Shown in pieces: positions 28,738 through 40,558 of a stretch of DNA of 64,000 nucleotides. The stretch comes from an uncultured Holophagales bacterium (GTDB taxonomy: Bacteria; Acidobacteriota; Thermoanaerobaculia; Multivoradales; UBA5704): assembly GCA_963842525.1 (NCBI GenBank), contig CAWJGT010000034.1, positions 160,001 to 224,000 of the forward strand, given 5' to 3'. Numbering within the stretch: position 1 is the stretch's first letter; every line of letters starts with the position of its first letter. The notes under the pieces were generated by a model. That model ran no database searches. It was not told the DNA's origin and saw only the letters and a list, made by a program, of their open reading frames with translations. Made by a program: the position numbers and the translations under genes.

Positions 28738-29541
28738 TCATTCTTGATCGATGTCGCGAGGATGCGCCAAATCGTGGCGGAAGACCTGAAAAATTCTCTC
28801 GATCAGGAAAACTATTTCCGCTGCGAGCCGCAGCAGCCCCGCCACGATCAATCCTGCCCCCTCGACCAGGAGCTTCGCCAACGCCAGCAGGCCCACCGCG
28901 CCGGTCCAGGCGAGCAGCCAGACCAGCACGACAGGAGCGAACAGCGGCACGACCCATGGCGACCGGACCGCCCGGCTCCCCGGTGTGCTCGTCGCCAGCT
29001 TGCGCCAGAAGCGCAGGCCGCTCGTCTCGACCGATACGCATCCGGGGGCTCCGCCCGCGCACTCGAAGAGGCTCCGGCCCCTCCCGGCAATGCGATAGGC
29101 GTCGCGCTCCATCGGATGGCGGTGATACTGGAATCCATTGCCGGCCGCACAGGCGAGATAGAGGACGATGAAGGGACGGAGGAGACCGAGCCCCGGGCCG
29201 GCCTCCTGCATCTGCAGGGCGTGGAAGGCCTCGTGGACGAGGAGCCCGAGACCGTCGACCGAGGCGGTGTCCAACCTGCGTGGCTGGATGTAGATGCGGC
29301 ACCCGAAGGGCGAGAGCACTGCCGACAGCGTAATGCCGTGGGCGGCCCACCGCAGCAGATGCGGCAGGCCGCGGTGGAAGCTCACCCGGCGGAGATCGAG
29401 GGTCGGGTAGGACACGGCGAGCAGGCGCCGCACCTCCTCAGGCAGCTCCACCCGCGGCGGGAAGAGCCACTCCCACAGGCGCCGGGCACGCCACCGGAGC
29501 CGCTGCCCGAGGCCTCTGCCGGGGGGACGAGGGTCTCTCAA
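28738..29541 (-). CDS. DUF4157-like (HExxH) membrane-associated protein
   Basis: LDLRRVSFH, AHGITL, LLVHEAFHALQ, HPMERDAY; C-terminal hydrophobic segments; start uncertain. Confidence 0.6.
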   Translation of the reverse strand: MRDPRPPGRGLGQRLRWRARRLWEWLFPPRVELPEEVRRLLAVSYPTLDLRRVSFHRGLPHLLRWAAHGITLSAVLSPFGCRIYIQPRRLDTASVDGLGLLVHEAFHALQMQEAGPGLGLLRPFIVLYLACAAGNGFQYHRHPMERDAYRIAGRGRSLFECAGGAPGCVSVETSGLRFWRKLATSTPGSRAVRSPWVVPLFAPVVLVWLLAWTGAVGLLALAKLLVEGAGLIVAGLLRLAAEIVFLIERIFQVFRHDLAHPRDIDQE

Positions 29542-30718
29542 CCGGCCTTGCCGTAGGTGATCCGGTAGATGGCGCCCGCCTCGTCGTCGGACACCAGCAA
29601 CGCCCCGTCCGGCATCACCAGCACGTCGGCCGGACGCCCCCAGGCCTTGCCGTTCCTGCGCAGCCACCCCTCGGCAAAGGGCTCGTAGGAGACGGCCCGG
29701 CCGTCCTTCAGGCGGACGAGCATGACGCGGTAGCCGATCGGCTCGCTGCGGTTCCACGAGCCGTGCTCGGCAATGAAGATCTGGTTGCGGTACTCGGCCG
29801 GAAACATCGACCCGGTGTAGAAGCGCATCCCGATCGCCGCCACATGCGGTCCGAGCTCCTCTCCGGCCCGACAAACTGGTCGCAGCTCCTCTTCTTACCG
29901 AATTCCGGGTCCGGGATGGCGTTGCCGTGGCAGTATGGGTACCCGAAATGGAGCCCGGGCCGGGGGACCCGGTTCAGCTCGTCCGGAGGCTGGTTGTCCC
30001 CCATCATGTCGCGGCCGTTCTCGGCAAACCAGAGCTCCCTGGTCTGCGGATGCCAGTCGAAGCCCACCGTGTTGCGGACGCCGCGGGCGACGATCTCGGG
30101 AGCCGAGGCCGTGCCGTTCGGATTCACCTTGATCCGCGTGATCGAGGCGTAGATCGGCTTCTCGCTCTCGCAGATGTTGCACGGCGCCCCCACCGGCACA
30201 TAGAGGAGGCCGTCGGGACCGAAGGCGATGAACTTCCAGCCATGGTGGCGGTCGCTCGGAAAGGCCTCCGAAACCACCTTGGGCTCCGGGGGATTCTTCA
30301 GCCGGTCGTCGATGCCGTCCCAGCGCAGCACCCGCGACACGTCGCCGACATAGAGGGCGCCGTCGCGGAAGGCCAGGCCGCTCGGCATCTTCAGGCCGCG
30401 GGCGATGGTGAAGACCTGGTCTGCGCGGCCGTCCTTGTTGGCGTCGACGACCGCATAGACCTTCCCTTCGCTACGCGAGCCCGCATAGAGGATGCCGCGC
30501 GGCGACAGCGCCATCTGGCGGGAATTGGGGACCTGGTCGGAGAAGACCTCGATCTTGAACCCGGCAGGCAGGCGGATCTCGCCAAGCGGCAGCCGCGAAG
30601 AGGCCTGCGCCGCCGGTGCCTGGGGGGCGGCGGACGCCTCCCGGGCCTCCCCGCCCCCGCCAGGAGCGCAGGAGAGGAGGAGCCAAAGAGCCAGGGGGAT
30701 CTGGAAGAGCGCTCGCAT
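29538..30718 (-). CDS. PQQ-dependent glucose/sorbosone dehydrogenase family lipoprotein, frameshift near 29860
   Basis: Lipobox LLSC; HHGWK, GAPCNIC, GVRNTVG, HFGYPYC; C-terminal HGSWNR..GRPADV in another frame. Confidence 0.88.
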
Positions 30719-30757
30719 GAACGCAGTGTAGCGTACCGAGGCGGGCGCTCGTGGCCT

Positions 30758-31141
30758 TCACACCCGGGGAATCTGGGGCAGATGATCGAAATGACGATCG
30801 CGATCGCAGAGGACGAGAGCGTGCTGCAGGACCAGCGCGGCAATCCACACATCGTTGGTCGGAATCGGCGTTCCTTGCCGCCGTAGCTGGCGAAAGACAG
30901 CAGCGTAGTGATGCGTGGTCTGGTCGTCGGCGAACAGGACGGCCACTCCTGGTTTCATCAGGAAACGGCGCAACATGCGTTCGTTCTCGGCTCCCCTCTT
31001 CCCGAGGGAGAAGCCGGCCCTCAGCTCGCCAAGCACAGCAAAGGGAAGAAAGACGGCCTCCGCATGCTCGATGAGCTCGACCACCTCGTCCACGCCGCGG
31101 CCCAGGTCGGTATAGCGGTTGGTGTCGAGGGCGAGCCTCAT
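30758..31141 (-). CDS. vapC: VapC family PIN toxin
   Basis: LALDTN, VLGEL, IPTNDVWIAA, DRHF. Confidence 0.9.
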   Translation of the reverse strand: MRLALDTNRYTDLGRGVDEVVELIEHAEAVFLPFAVLGELRAGFSLGKRGAENERMLRRFLMKPGVAVLFADDQTTHHYAAVFRQLRRQGTPIPTNDVWIAALVLQHALVLCDRDRHFDHLPQIPRV

Positions 31142-31380
31142 CGCCACAGCCGTTCGTCGATCTGGTCCTGCTCCGCAATCGCCTGGTCGAAGTCGGGGTC
31201 CTCCTGCCAAGTCCCGGCGATATCGCCGAGATCGCGTTGGCGGACCGGGGTCTCGCCCAAACCCGCGCCACGGATCAGAGCTTCGATGGCCACGGTATTG
31301 AGGCTTCTGCCTTCTGCCTTCGCGCGCCGGCGAAGCTCGGCGTCCACAGTTGACGGGATGTCTCTGAGGGTATACTGCAT
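31138..31380 (-). CDS. FitA-like ribbon-helix-helix antitoxin
   Basis: YTLRDIP..VDAELRRRAKAEGRSLN; ATGA overlap with vapC. Confidence 0.85.
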   Translation of the reverse strand: MQYTLRDIPSTVDAELRRRAKAEGRSLNTVAIEALIRGAGLGETPVRQRDLGDIAGTWQEDPDFDQAIAEQDQIDERLWR

Positions 31381-31438
31381 GCAAACATCATAGGCAATGC
31401 ATGCACAGGGCACAAGCGGCGCCGGTTCCCGAACGACT

Positions 31439-31644
31439 GAGCTACACTTCCCCTCGTATGACGCTCACCCCCGACCTCGTCGCAGACATCCTGGTGCGCC
31501 AGAAGCACATCACCCCGGAACAGGGCGAGATGATCAAGCAGGAGGCGAAGCTCCTGCCGAGCCGCATGCGGACCGGCAGCGCCTACGAGCAGAAGTCCGT
31601 CGCCTACGAGATCATCATCCGGCTCAACCTGCGCGACCTGCGCG
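31439..31644 (+). pseudogene. Duplicated 5' end (upstream bases + ~62 codons) of the GspE/PilB gene
   Basis: Near-identical to 33367..33572 with mostly synonymous differences, then diverges. Confidence 0.9.
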
Positions 31645-31770
31645 GGAACTGGCCACCAGGGGTCTTCTCCGAGGACATTGATCTCGCGAGAGAGATCATC
31701 CAGACGTGCCGGGAGCGAGCCAAAGCGTCGTCCGGCCGGTCCCTTGAACCAAGCTCAAGAGAGCTATTTA

Positions 31771-33312
31771 TTACGAGGGCTTCTGCTCAACCTCCAGAAA
31801 CATTGGGTTAGAGGCCTCGCCGTCGGGCGGCTTGTTGAAGACTACCACTTGAACCTTGCCGGGTTTCTCGATGTCCCTTGGATCAAGCGGGACGACGAGC
31901 TTCGTCTCCGTCACGGGCTCCTGGGGCTTGCGCAAATCCGACCCAACCATCACTTGGCACGATGGCGCGAAGCCGCTGCCATGAATCGTGAGAACGGTCA
32001 CCGTAGCCTTCTCGGTCACCTTGTCCGGCTCCAGACGCTCGATCTTTGGCCCTGCGTTCTTCGCCTTGCCGGCTTCGTCCTTGCGCGGGTCGTTGCGCGG
32101 CGTGAAGAGCGTCTCGAAAATGTCCTTGAGCTTGAGGGTGGCCGGCTCGTGGAAGAGCCCGATCAGTCCCGCGAAGGCGGCGACTCGGAGACAGTCAGCG
32201 CCGGCCAGGGAGAAACTGCCCACGCCGAAACCAGCCCGGAAAACCAGGAACACGACTATGGCGACGAGCGCCGCGAGAAACGGCTTGAAGATGTACCACC
32301 ATAACCAACTCGGGAGGAACTCTCGGTTTCCGACAAAGGTGGTGAACGACGAGATACCATGAATCATGCCCCCCAGAGCACCCATGAGGGCGAGCAGCAG
32401 GAGTAGCGACGCGACGTTGGTTCGGCCGTCCTGGGTGCAGGAATCCGCAGCGTGGGAATCCGGCAGCACGGTGACCCAGGCCCCGGCGACCGCAGTGCCT
32501 TCGAGGGTTCTGGCCAGGATCTTGACGGCCACGGGGCGCTCGATCCCGGCGGCCTCCACGCTGAACCGGGCCGTCTTCCCGGTCGGGTCGAGAGGCGTGA
32601 GCGAGCCGAGCTCGGGGTCCAGCCACTCCACCTCCGGTCTGGCCTCTGCGCCCGCTGCGTCTGGCGTACGTAATCGGCTGAGCCTCGCCGTCAGATCCAC
32701 GCTCCCGCCCGCAGGCACGCTCACGTTGACCGGCTGGATCGACAAGCCCAGATCGGGCGACAGGAAGACCTCAGCACGCCCGACCTTCGCAAGCTCTCCC
32801 TCGGATCGGGTCTTGATCACGACTTTGCCGGGCGCTTGCAGAGGGCGAGGAGCCGTGTAGATTCCAAGCTTCGGCGACACCGTCGTGTTGGCGCTGAAGG
32901 CCTGGGCCTCCCCTGGCGTGAGAGTCACCACGGGAGGGCTCAACCGCACCTCGTCCGGCTCGCAGCGCGGGCAGAGCTTGTGCCAGCAGGAGGTGACGAA
33001 GATCAAGAGGATCAGAAATACAGCCAGAAGGTAGCCACCCAGGAACTGGACCCAGAAGGAGTGCGGAGTCAGCTCGATGGCCGCGACCGCCGACTCACCG
33101 TCGGCCTTGGCGATCACGGTTACCTTCCGGCTGCGGAAGATCCGGGACGGAGCCGCGTAGACCCCCTCCTGGCTGAGTGCACCAGCCGAGCTCGGAATGT
33201 GAGACCACGTCACCCCTGCCTGGAGGCGTTTCCCGTCCTTGAAAGCTTCGAAGCTCTGGGTCTGGCCGGCGGAGATCGAGACACTCTTGGGACTGATCTG
33301 GAGCTCGGACAT
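31771..33312 (-). CDS. Membrane protein with Ig-like repeats, multi-TM module and C-terminal IPT/TIG domain
   Basis: ISPKSVSISAGQTQSF-type Ig repeats; GALGGMIH..GNREF..SWLWWYIFKPF TM block; PKIERLEP..LTIHGSGF IPT. Confidence 0.7.
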   Translation of the reverse strand: MSELQISPKSVSISAGQTQSFEAFKDGKRLQAGVTWSHIPSSAGALSQEGVYAAPSRIFRSRKVTVIAKADGESAVAAIELTPHSFWVQFLGGYLLAVFLILLIFVTSCWHKLCPRCEPDEVRLSPPVVTLTPGEAQAFSANTTVSPKLGIYTAPRPLQAPGKVVIKTRSEGELAKVGRAEVFLSPDLGLSIQPVNVSVPAGGSVDLTARLSRLRTPDAAGAEARPEVEWLDPELGSLTPLDPTGKTARFSVEAAGIERPVAVKILARTLEGTAVAGAWVTVLPDSHAADSCTQDGRTNVASLLLLLALMGALGGMIHGISSFTTFVGNREFLPSWLWWYIFKPFLAALVAIVVFLVFRAGFGVGSFSLAGADCLRVAAFAGLIGLFHEPATLKLKDIFETLFTPRNDPRKDEAGKAKNAGPKIERLEPDKVTEKATVTVLTIHGSGFAPSCQVMVGSDLRKPQEPVTETKLVVPLDPRDIEKPGKVQVVVFNKPPDGEASNPMFLEVEQKPS

Positions 33313-33385
33313 GTAAGGCCTCCTGCGGGCATAGACGGACCGGAACTCCAGATTCCCCTTCACTCCGAGTTACACTTCCCCTCGT

Positions 33386-35149
<1,764 letters not shown>

Positions 35150-35256
35150 CGCTGAGAACAATATCTATACATCCAATTGTCGATCCGTCGCGTAACCCCT
35201 TGTGAACCCGAACGCCGGACGGCGTCCGGGCAACTCACAGAAAGGGGTTAACTCCA

Positions 35257-35814
35257 ATGAATGGAAAGAAAATGCTTGGCGCCCTGCTGGCTCTGGCGGT
35301 GATGGTGGTACCGATGCAGCTCCTGGCGAAAGACAACCCGATGGTCGGCGGTGCAGCCATGTACACCACCAAGGACATCATCGACAATGCCGTCAACTCG
35401 GCCGACCATACAACCCTCGTCGCCGCGGTCAAGGCGGCCGGCCTGGTGGATACCCTCAAGGGCAAGGGGCCGTTCACCGTCTTCGCACCGACCAATGCCG
35501 CCTTCGGCAAGCTGCCGGCCGGCACCGTCGACACTCTGCTCAAGCCCGAGAACAAGCAGACCCTCACCAAGATCCTGACGTATCACGTGGTCCCCGGCAA
35601 CGTCGACTCCGCCGCGCTCGCCAAGATGATCAAGGCCGGCAACGGCAAGGCCACCCTCAAGACTGTCGAGGGCGAAACCCTGACCGCCATGATGACTGGC
35701 AAGAACGTCGCTCTCAAGGATGCGAAGGGCGGCACCTCCACCGTGACGACCGCCGATGTGTATCAGTCGAACGGCGTGATCCATGTCATCGACAGCGTCG
35801 TGATGCCGAAGTAG
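35257..35814 (+). CDS. Secreted fasciclin (FAS1) domain protein
   Basis: Signal peptide; FTVFAPTNAAF, ILTYHVV, NGVIHVID. Confidence 0.95.
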   Translation: MNGKKMLGALLALAVMVVPMQLLAKDNPMVGGAAMYTTKDIIDNAVNSADHTTLVAAVKAAGLVDTLKGKGPFTVFAPTNAAFGKLPAGTVDTLLKPENKQTLTKILTYHVVPGNVDSAALAKMIKAGNGKATLKTVEGETLTAMMTGKNVALKDAKGGTSTVTTADVYQSNGVIHVIDSVVMPK

Positions 35815-35908
35815 TCGGCTTCCCGCCAACACTCTCCCAGCTACACCAGGCAGACGGCAGCAGGGTGCGAGTAGGTCACCCTTGGCTGTTGCTTTGAGCG
35901 ACGGCACT

Positions 35909-35967
35909 GTGGGCTCGCGTCAAGGGCCTCCCCCGGCGACTGCGTGGGCCTCTTGACGCGGGCCCAC
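35909..35967. repeat. Inverted repeat / REP-like hairpin
   Basis: GTGGGCTCGCGTCAAG ... CTTGACGCGGGCCCAC between convergent genes. Confidence 0.6.
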
Positions 35968-36090
35968 GCCTTCAGCCACTGGATCCACAGAGTGGTCTCC
36001 GAGGGCGTATGGCTGGTTCGCGGCGAGCCAATGACCATTCTGCCTGGCGGAGTGTTACGTCTCCAAGCGGCTATTGATTGATAGATGCCG

Positions 36091-36963
36091 TCAGTGCGGC
36101 TCAGGCTGCCGTTCTCTCTCTGGGACCTGGATCGCGTGGATCAACCTGGCGATGCTACTCTCGAAGCTTTCCTTCCTGAGATCCAGGGTCAGGTGCTCCT
36201 TCAGCCGCAAAAGGATCTCGCCGAGGTTGTTGCGCAGCTTGAAGAGACGCGATTTCTCGCTATTCAACTCGACCGGATCGAGCTTCTCTTCGGCGTACCG
36301 CGGCAGCAGCTCATCGATTTCACCGATTCTTGCATCGATCTCCTGCGTCGCGGTCAACCTGAAGCCTGGCTGGAAGAACCCATCATCAAGGTAGCAGGCG
36401 ATGAATTGCCTTCCTCGATCGAATCTCCCATGCTCGAATGCCTGAATCGTCTCCATGGCCACCCAGGCTGAAAGCAGGCTCGTCCTCGAAACCAGCGAGA
36501 CGGTGACATCGGCCTTGGCAATGGAATCCTTGATGAAGCTCTCGATCCCTTCGCCGGCTCTCATCGCCTTGTCGTCGATGAGCACGACGACTCCGGCCGA
36601 TCGGAGGGCCTGCGCCAGCCTCTCGGCAGCCTCACGATCGTGGTGGCTGTACGAAATGAATGCCTGCTTGGCGCCAGTAGTTTCCTGAGTAGGTGGGGCG
36701 TTGGCATCCGGCGCTTCCAGGATTTCAGGGAGCAGGTCCAGAAGCGCATAAGCTACCTTCGTGCGGATCAGGCTCTCCTCGGTGCCGGCGAGGAGCCCCC
36801 GTCGCACCTGCTTCCGGCTGCGCTCGAGGGTCCTACCATGCTCGGTGAGCTCCGCAATGAGCTCGGGATCCCGCTTCCCCAGAAAGGCGAGCAGACGGTC
36901 CACCGTGCCCTCCAGCTTGTCGGCACGAATCAACGCTGTAACTTCGTCTCGCAGGTCGGCCAT
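36091..36963 (-). CDS. EAD11-like domain + TIR domain protein
   Basis: N-terminal helical domain (..VRRGLL..EE...R.K...ALL); TIR AFISYSHHD, SAWVAME with the catalytic-position Glu. Confidence 0.8.
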   Translation of the reverse strand: MADLRDEVTALIRADKLEGTVDRLLAFLGKRDPELIAELTEHGRTLERSRKQVRRGLLAGTEESLIRTKVAYALLDLLPEILEAPDANAPPTQETTGAKQAFISYSHHDREAAERLAQALRSAGVVVLIDDKAMRAGEGIESFIKDSIAKADVTVSLVSRTSLLSAWVAMETIQAFEHGRFDRGRQFIACYLDDGFFQPGFRLTATQEIDARIGEIDELLPRYAEEKLDPVELNSEKSRLFKLRNNLGEILLRLKEHLTLDLRKESFESSIARLIHAIQVPERERQPEPH

Positions 36964-38487
36964 TCAGACCTCGGCTGAAGGTTGTTTCTGGGCGGCTCGC
37001 AACCGCCTCCACTTCGCCATGAGACTCTCTTCCGTGACGTACTCGTGAATCAGATAGAGGGGTGCGAGCAGTGAGAGCACCGTATAGACCATAATTGGAA
37101 TAAATAATAACGAGAACCATCCACTCGTTCCCCATAAAAGAATACCGCTGATCAACCCCGAGACAGTTAGCGTGCCGCAGCCGGTTCCTAAACGTAACGC
37201 CTTTCTTTTCTTGAACCTTATCTTCTCCTGCCTTTTTCCCTCCTCATGTTCCAGCAACTCCGCTTCCAGGCGCCTTTGCTTGGCCCGCAGTATAGGGATC
37301 ACCAGGCTGTCATGGCTCACTTCGTAAGCGTAGCCGCCGCCGGCGTGAGGCTCGGCACGAATCAGATGGGTGTCCACGAGACTGCGGAGGAGGTCGGCTC
37401 CAATCTGATAATTCCTCTGAATTTGGCCCTCATACAGGCTCAGACGACGCTTGTCGTCTTCGAACACCAATCCATCCTCGATCAGTATCCTTGCCGCTTT
37501 CTGCGCATTGGCGGGCAGCTTCTGGATACTGCGTTCGTAATAGCTCTTATAGATCTCCTCCAGGTCCCCGATGTCAGAGGATTCTATATAGGAATCATTT
37601 TGCCTAAGGACGATCTCCTCCTCTACGTGCTGGCAGAGGATCTGAAGCTGAAAGGATTCGATATCCGTGGCCCCGTCCTTGGAGAGGAAGCTCAGTATTC
37701 TGCCGAGGGATTCCTGCTCGTAGGAGAAAGGCGGCGACAGGAAATCACCCTGCTGTGCCGCCGGAAAAATGATCGCCTTCTCGGCCTCGTTGCGAGACAA
37801 GTTGTTGAGCTCAAAACAGTTGCGTAAAATATTCGGCAGCCAGGCAGACAGAGATTCGATATGGCTCATCTTGTCCGAGCGGATGGAAAGGAGAGCCATC
37901 ACAGGGGGCCCGGCCTTGAGAAGCGCCCATTCCTCTTCGGTGAGAAGGGTCGGATCGTAGCGCGTGCGGAGCTGAAGCGACCGGCGGAAACTTTCGGGCA
38001 TGCGGTCGTAGAGCAGATCGGCGAGTGCTTCAGCAAAGTCGCCGACTCCCTGGGGAAATGAGAAAAGCTCCTCGAATTGATCGAACACCAGGAGAATCGC
38101 GCGCTTGTCGGGGTTATCGAGCTGAATTCCCTTGAAGCACTGCCAGATGGAGGGAACCTCCTCGACTCGGGAGAGAAAGTTGTCGCCAGAAGAGATCTGC
38201 AGGAGTCTCTGCTCAAAAATTACTTCGGGCCGCGGCGTGACTCGGGGTATGTAGCTGGTGAAGCGAATCGGAATGGTCAGATAGTTGTGCTCTCTCCCGA
38301 GCAGGGGCACCACGCCGGCGTTGATGAGGGACGACTTGCCGAGGCCGGACCGCCCGTAGAGCACTGTCAGCGGCTCGACCCGAATCTGGGTGGCGAGCTT
38401 CCGGATATCCTCATCGCGGCCGAAGAAGACAGAGCTGTCGTCCGATGTAAAGGGTCGCGAGCCTGGGTAGCGGGGACGTTTCTCCAT
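36964..38487 (-). CDS. STAND (nSTAND1-like) NTPase with C-terminal TM helices
   Basis: YPGSRPF..FFGR, GRSGLGKSS, LVFDQFEE, SIRSD, YEVSHD; two TM segments. Confidence 0.85.
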   Translation of the reverse strand: MEKRPRYPGSRPFTSDDSSVFFGRDEDIRKLATQIRVEPLTVLYGRSGLGKSSLINAGVVPLLGREHNYLTIPIRFTSYIPRVTPRPEVIFEQRLLQISSGDNFLSRVEEVPSIWQCFKGIQLDNPDKRAILLVFDQFEELFSFPQGVGDFAEALADLLYDRMPESFRRSLQLRTRYDPTLLTEEEWALLKAGPPVMALLSIRSDKMSHIESLSAWLPNILRNCFELNNLSRNEAEKAIIFPAAQQGDFLSPPFSYEQESLGRILSFLSKDGATDIESFQLQILCQHVEEEIVLRQNDSYIESSDIGDLEEIYKSYYERSIQKLPANAQKAARILIEDGLVFEDDKRRLSLYEGQIQRNYQIGADLLRSLVDTHLIRAEPHAGGGYAYEVSHDSLVIPILRAKQRRLEAELLEHEEGKRQEKIRFKKRKALRLGTGCGTLTVSGLISGILLWGTSGWFSLLFIPIMVYTVLSLLAPLYLIHEYVTEESLMAKWRRLRAAQKQPSAEV

Positions 38488-38497
38488 GACAGTTGAC

Positions 38498-39568
38498 TCA
38501 CTCGCCGGGCGGCGGCAGTGCCTCATCGATGATGGATGTCAGTTTCTCAGTCGTCCGGGCGCACTCGACGTCTATGTCCTCCTGCTTGATCTGCCCTCTT
38601 CTCCTGTCTTGCAAGAACCGGTTGTAGTGTCCGGACAGAGTGATGACCTCATTGAAGAGACTCCGATCCCCCATCTCTTCGAGGTGGTCCGCCAACGGCT
38701 CGAATAGGCCCTCTATTTTCCCCTGCTTGAGAAGATCGAGAAGGCGCTCGCGTAAGGAGAGGAGGGGCGCCTCCCTGATCTCGCGAAGCTGACCGGCACT
38801 CTCGCAGTGCCTGTAGAGGCTGTCGACGTACTGGACTACACCGGAATCGATGAACTCCAATCCGTAGTTTCGTCCGTAGAAGTCGCGGAGCTGGGCAGGT
38901 GTAAGGTTCTCGGGCTCGGCGGCCTGGGAAGGTTTCTCGCGGCTGAGGCGGAACAAGTTGAGGAGAAGATGGAGATACCACTTCTGGAAGTCGAAGCCCA
39001 AGAAGATGAAGTAGCTCGCCTCTGATATGACCGTCCGCAGCTCATCGGGGAGCTTGAAGTCGCGGATGACGGAAAAGACGAACTGGATGAGATCGGTGTG
39101 AGTCAGGATGAGTGAGGCGTCATCCTCGATGCTGCCAAAAAGGTTGTAAAGCAGGGGGCATTCCTTGGATGGCCGGCCAACGGGTTCCGGAGTGCTCTGC
39201 TTGGCGTAGTATGCAAATTCGTGATCGATCCCGAGCTCGGAGAATGCCGCGGGCAGGACCAGGTCGGGAGTAAGGGAGATGATCAGGTGGGCGGGAATCC
39301 GAGCGAGTTGCCGGTGGAAGTCATTGGGACCGGAGCTCGCGCTGTAGTATTTCTTGATCGGGGTGTAGAGCCGGCGCCTGGTGGCCTCGTCGCAGCGGTA
39401 GAGACCGTCGACATCCTCCGAGACTTGCAGGCGCTGATCGATTAGATGGGCCAGCAAGGCGGTCTGAATCGGCTCGCCCGCTCTGTTGGTGCCGACGTTG
39501 GGACCAAGCAGAATGACGCATCGCTCTTCGGCAAGGTTCTCGGCGATCTCGTCAATTGGTATAGCCAT
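38498..39568 (-). CDS. SIR2-like (SIR2_2) domain + C-terminal EAD11-like domain
   Basis: ILLGP, IISLTPD, LYNLFGS..SLILT, IFLGFDF; C-terminal NEVITLS..YN...RRG.I..ED helical domain. Confidence 0.75.
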   Translation of the reverse strand: MAIPIDEIAENLAEERCVILLGPNVGTNRAGEPIQTALLAHLIDQRLQVSEDVDGLYRCDEATRRRLYTPIKKYYSASSGPNDFHRQLARIPAHLIISLTPDLVLPAAFSELGIDHEFAYYAKQSTPEPVGRPSKECPLLYNLFGSIEDDASLILTHTDLIQFVFSVIRDFKLPDELRTVISEASYFIFLGFDFQKWYLHLLLNLFRLSREKPSQAAEPENLTPAQLRDFYGRNYGLEFIDSGVVQYVDSLYRHCESAGQLREIREAPLLSLRERLLDLLKQGKIEGLFEPLADHLEEMGDRSLFNEVITLSGHYNRFLQDRRRGQIKQEDIDVECARTTEKLTSIIDEALPPPGE

Positions 39569-39594
39569 TTCCGCATGTTCCAACTGGTCCAAGA

Positions 39595-39687
39595 GGCTAA
39601 CAACGCTCCGGAGGCTGCTCCCCTTGGCCGAGAAGATCGAGTCTACTCACGCCGTGCGACGAGCAGCACCGGAATTACCAGTTGACT
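39595..39687 (-). other. attC-like recombination site candidate upstream of the SIR2 gene
   Basis: Minus strand AGTCAAC..TTCCGGTGCTGCTC..GAGCAGCCTCCGGA..GTTAGCC. Confidence 0.35.
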
Positions 39688-39794
39688 TTATCAGCTCTGT
39701 CCTGTTGTTGCAAGGCGGCCCCGCTTCGTGCGCAGCCTTTTACACCTGCCGAGCTTCGGCTGGCGGTACGGCGCGTTATCAATTCGGCTCGCGC

Positions 39795-39905
39795 AGTGAA
39801 GGCTGCTTCGAATACGTAAGGAACAGCATGCGGGCGCTGCGCCAGTCGGCGCTGGCAAGATGGCGGAGGGAGTAACGCCGTTTGAAGAGGTGGTGCTGGT
39901 GACGA
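39795..39905 (+). pseudogene. Degenerate duplicate of the GspE/PilB 3' end
   Basis: GAAGGCTGCTTCGA and GCATGCGG.CGCTGCGCCAGTCGGCGCTG..GAAGAGGTGGTGC.GGTGACG match 34919..35140 with an internal deletion. Confidence 0.75.
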
Positions 39906-39984
39906 GCCTTTTACGAAGGAGCGTTTGGGTGTTCGGAGTCGTCGCCAGCGAACGAGATCGACCGGCCAGGTATCCGTTCCGTCG

Positions 39985-40088
39985 TGTCATCCTGAGCGTA
40001 GCGAAGGATCTGGAGGCAGGGCCTGCGAATCCGTTGCGGTCGTGCTTCCGGGACCCGCCACCGCCCAGATCCTTCGCTCAGGATGTCA
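39985..40088. repeat. Palindromic intergenic repeat (GTCATCCTGAGC..GCGAAGGATC family)
   Basis: TGTCATCCTGAGCGTAGCGAAGGATCTG ... CAGATCCTTCGCTCAGGATGTCA. Confidence 0.75.
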
Positions 40089-40558
40089 GCTCGCTAGGTC
40101 CATCCTTGTCTTCCCCGGCGCAATCGCGATGGCGACCGCGCCTCCGCATCATTCGTCTCGTCCTCAGCAACATCGGCTCCGGAGTCCCGTCTATTTGTCT
40201 GTCCAAACCGATTTTTCTGCCAGGCTGAGTAGTTTTTCAGGCTACAACACCAAACATTCAGCTCTTCGGAGGAAAGATTCCGAGATGCCTCCGTGTGCGC
40301 GGTTGTGGCCTCGGAATCTTTCGTCTTGAGGCCCCAATCATTGGGAGCTCGACGCGAAAGGGGCGTCAGCCGGTCTCAATGAGGCGGAGCCCAGGTCTAA
40401 TGGCACGCCAGGGGCTCCTGAATGCGCAGGAATGTGCTTGAATGGCGCGGACGCAGGTCCCTATGCGCGGAAGGCATTCGCTTGAACCTTCGGCAGGAAG
40501 GAGAATGCTCCGGAGACCCGGACCGGCATCGCGCAGCCGGCTTCTGATGTGAAGGAGC

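Noticed and set aside
31401-31811. Functional small GspE-like protein
   Set aside because: Only about 62 codons match gspE before unrelated sequence; treated as a duplication remnant
36091-39568. Canonical Thoeris
   Set aside because: The SIR2-like protein lacks a SLOG/Macro sensor and catalytic residues, and a STAND NTPase lies between the two genes
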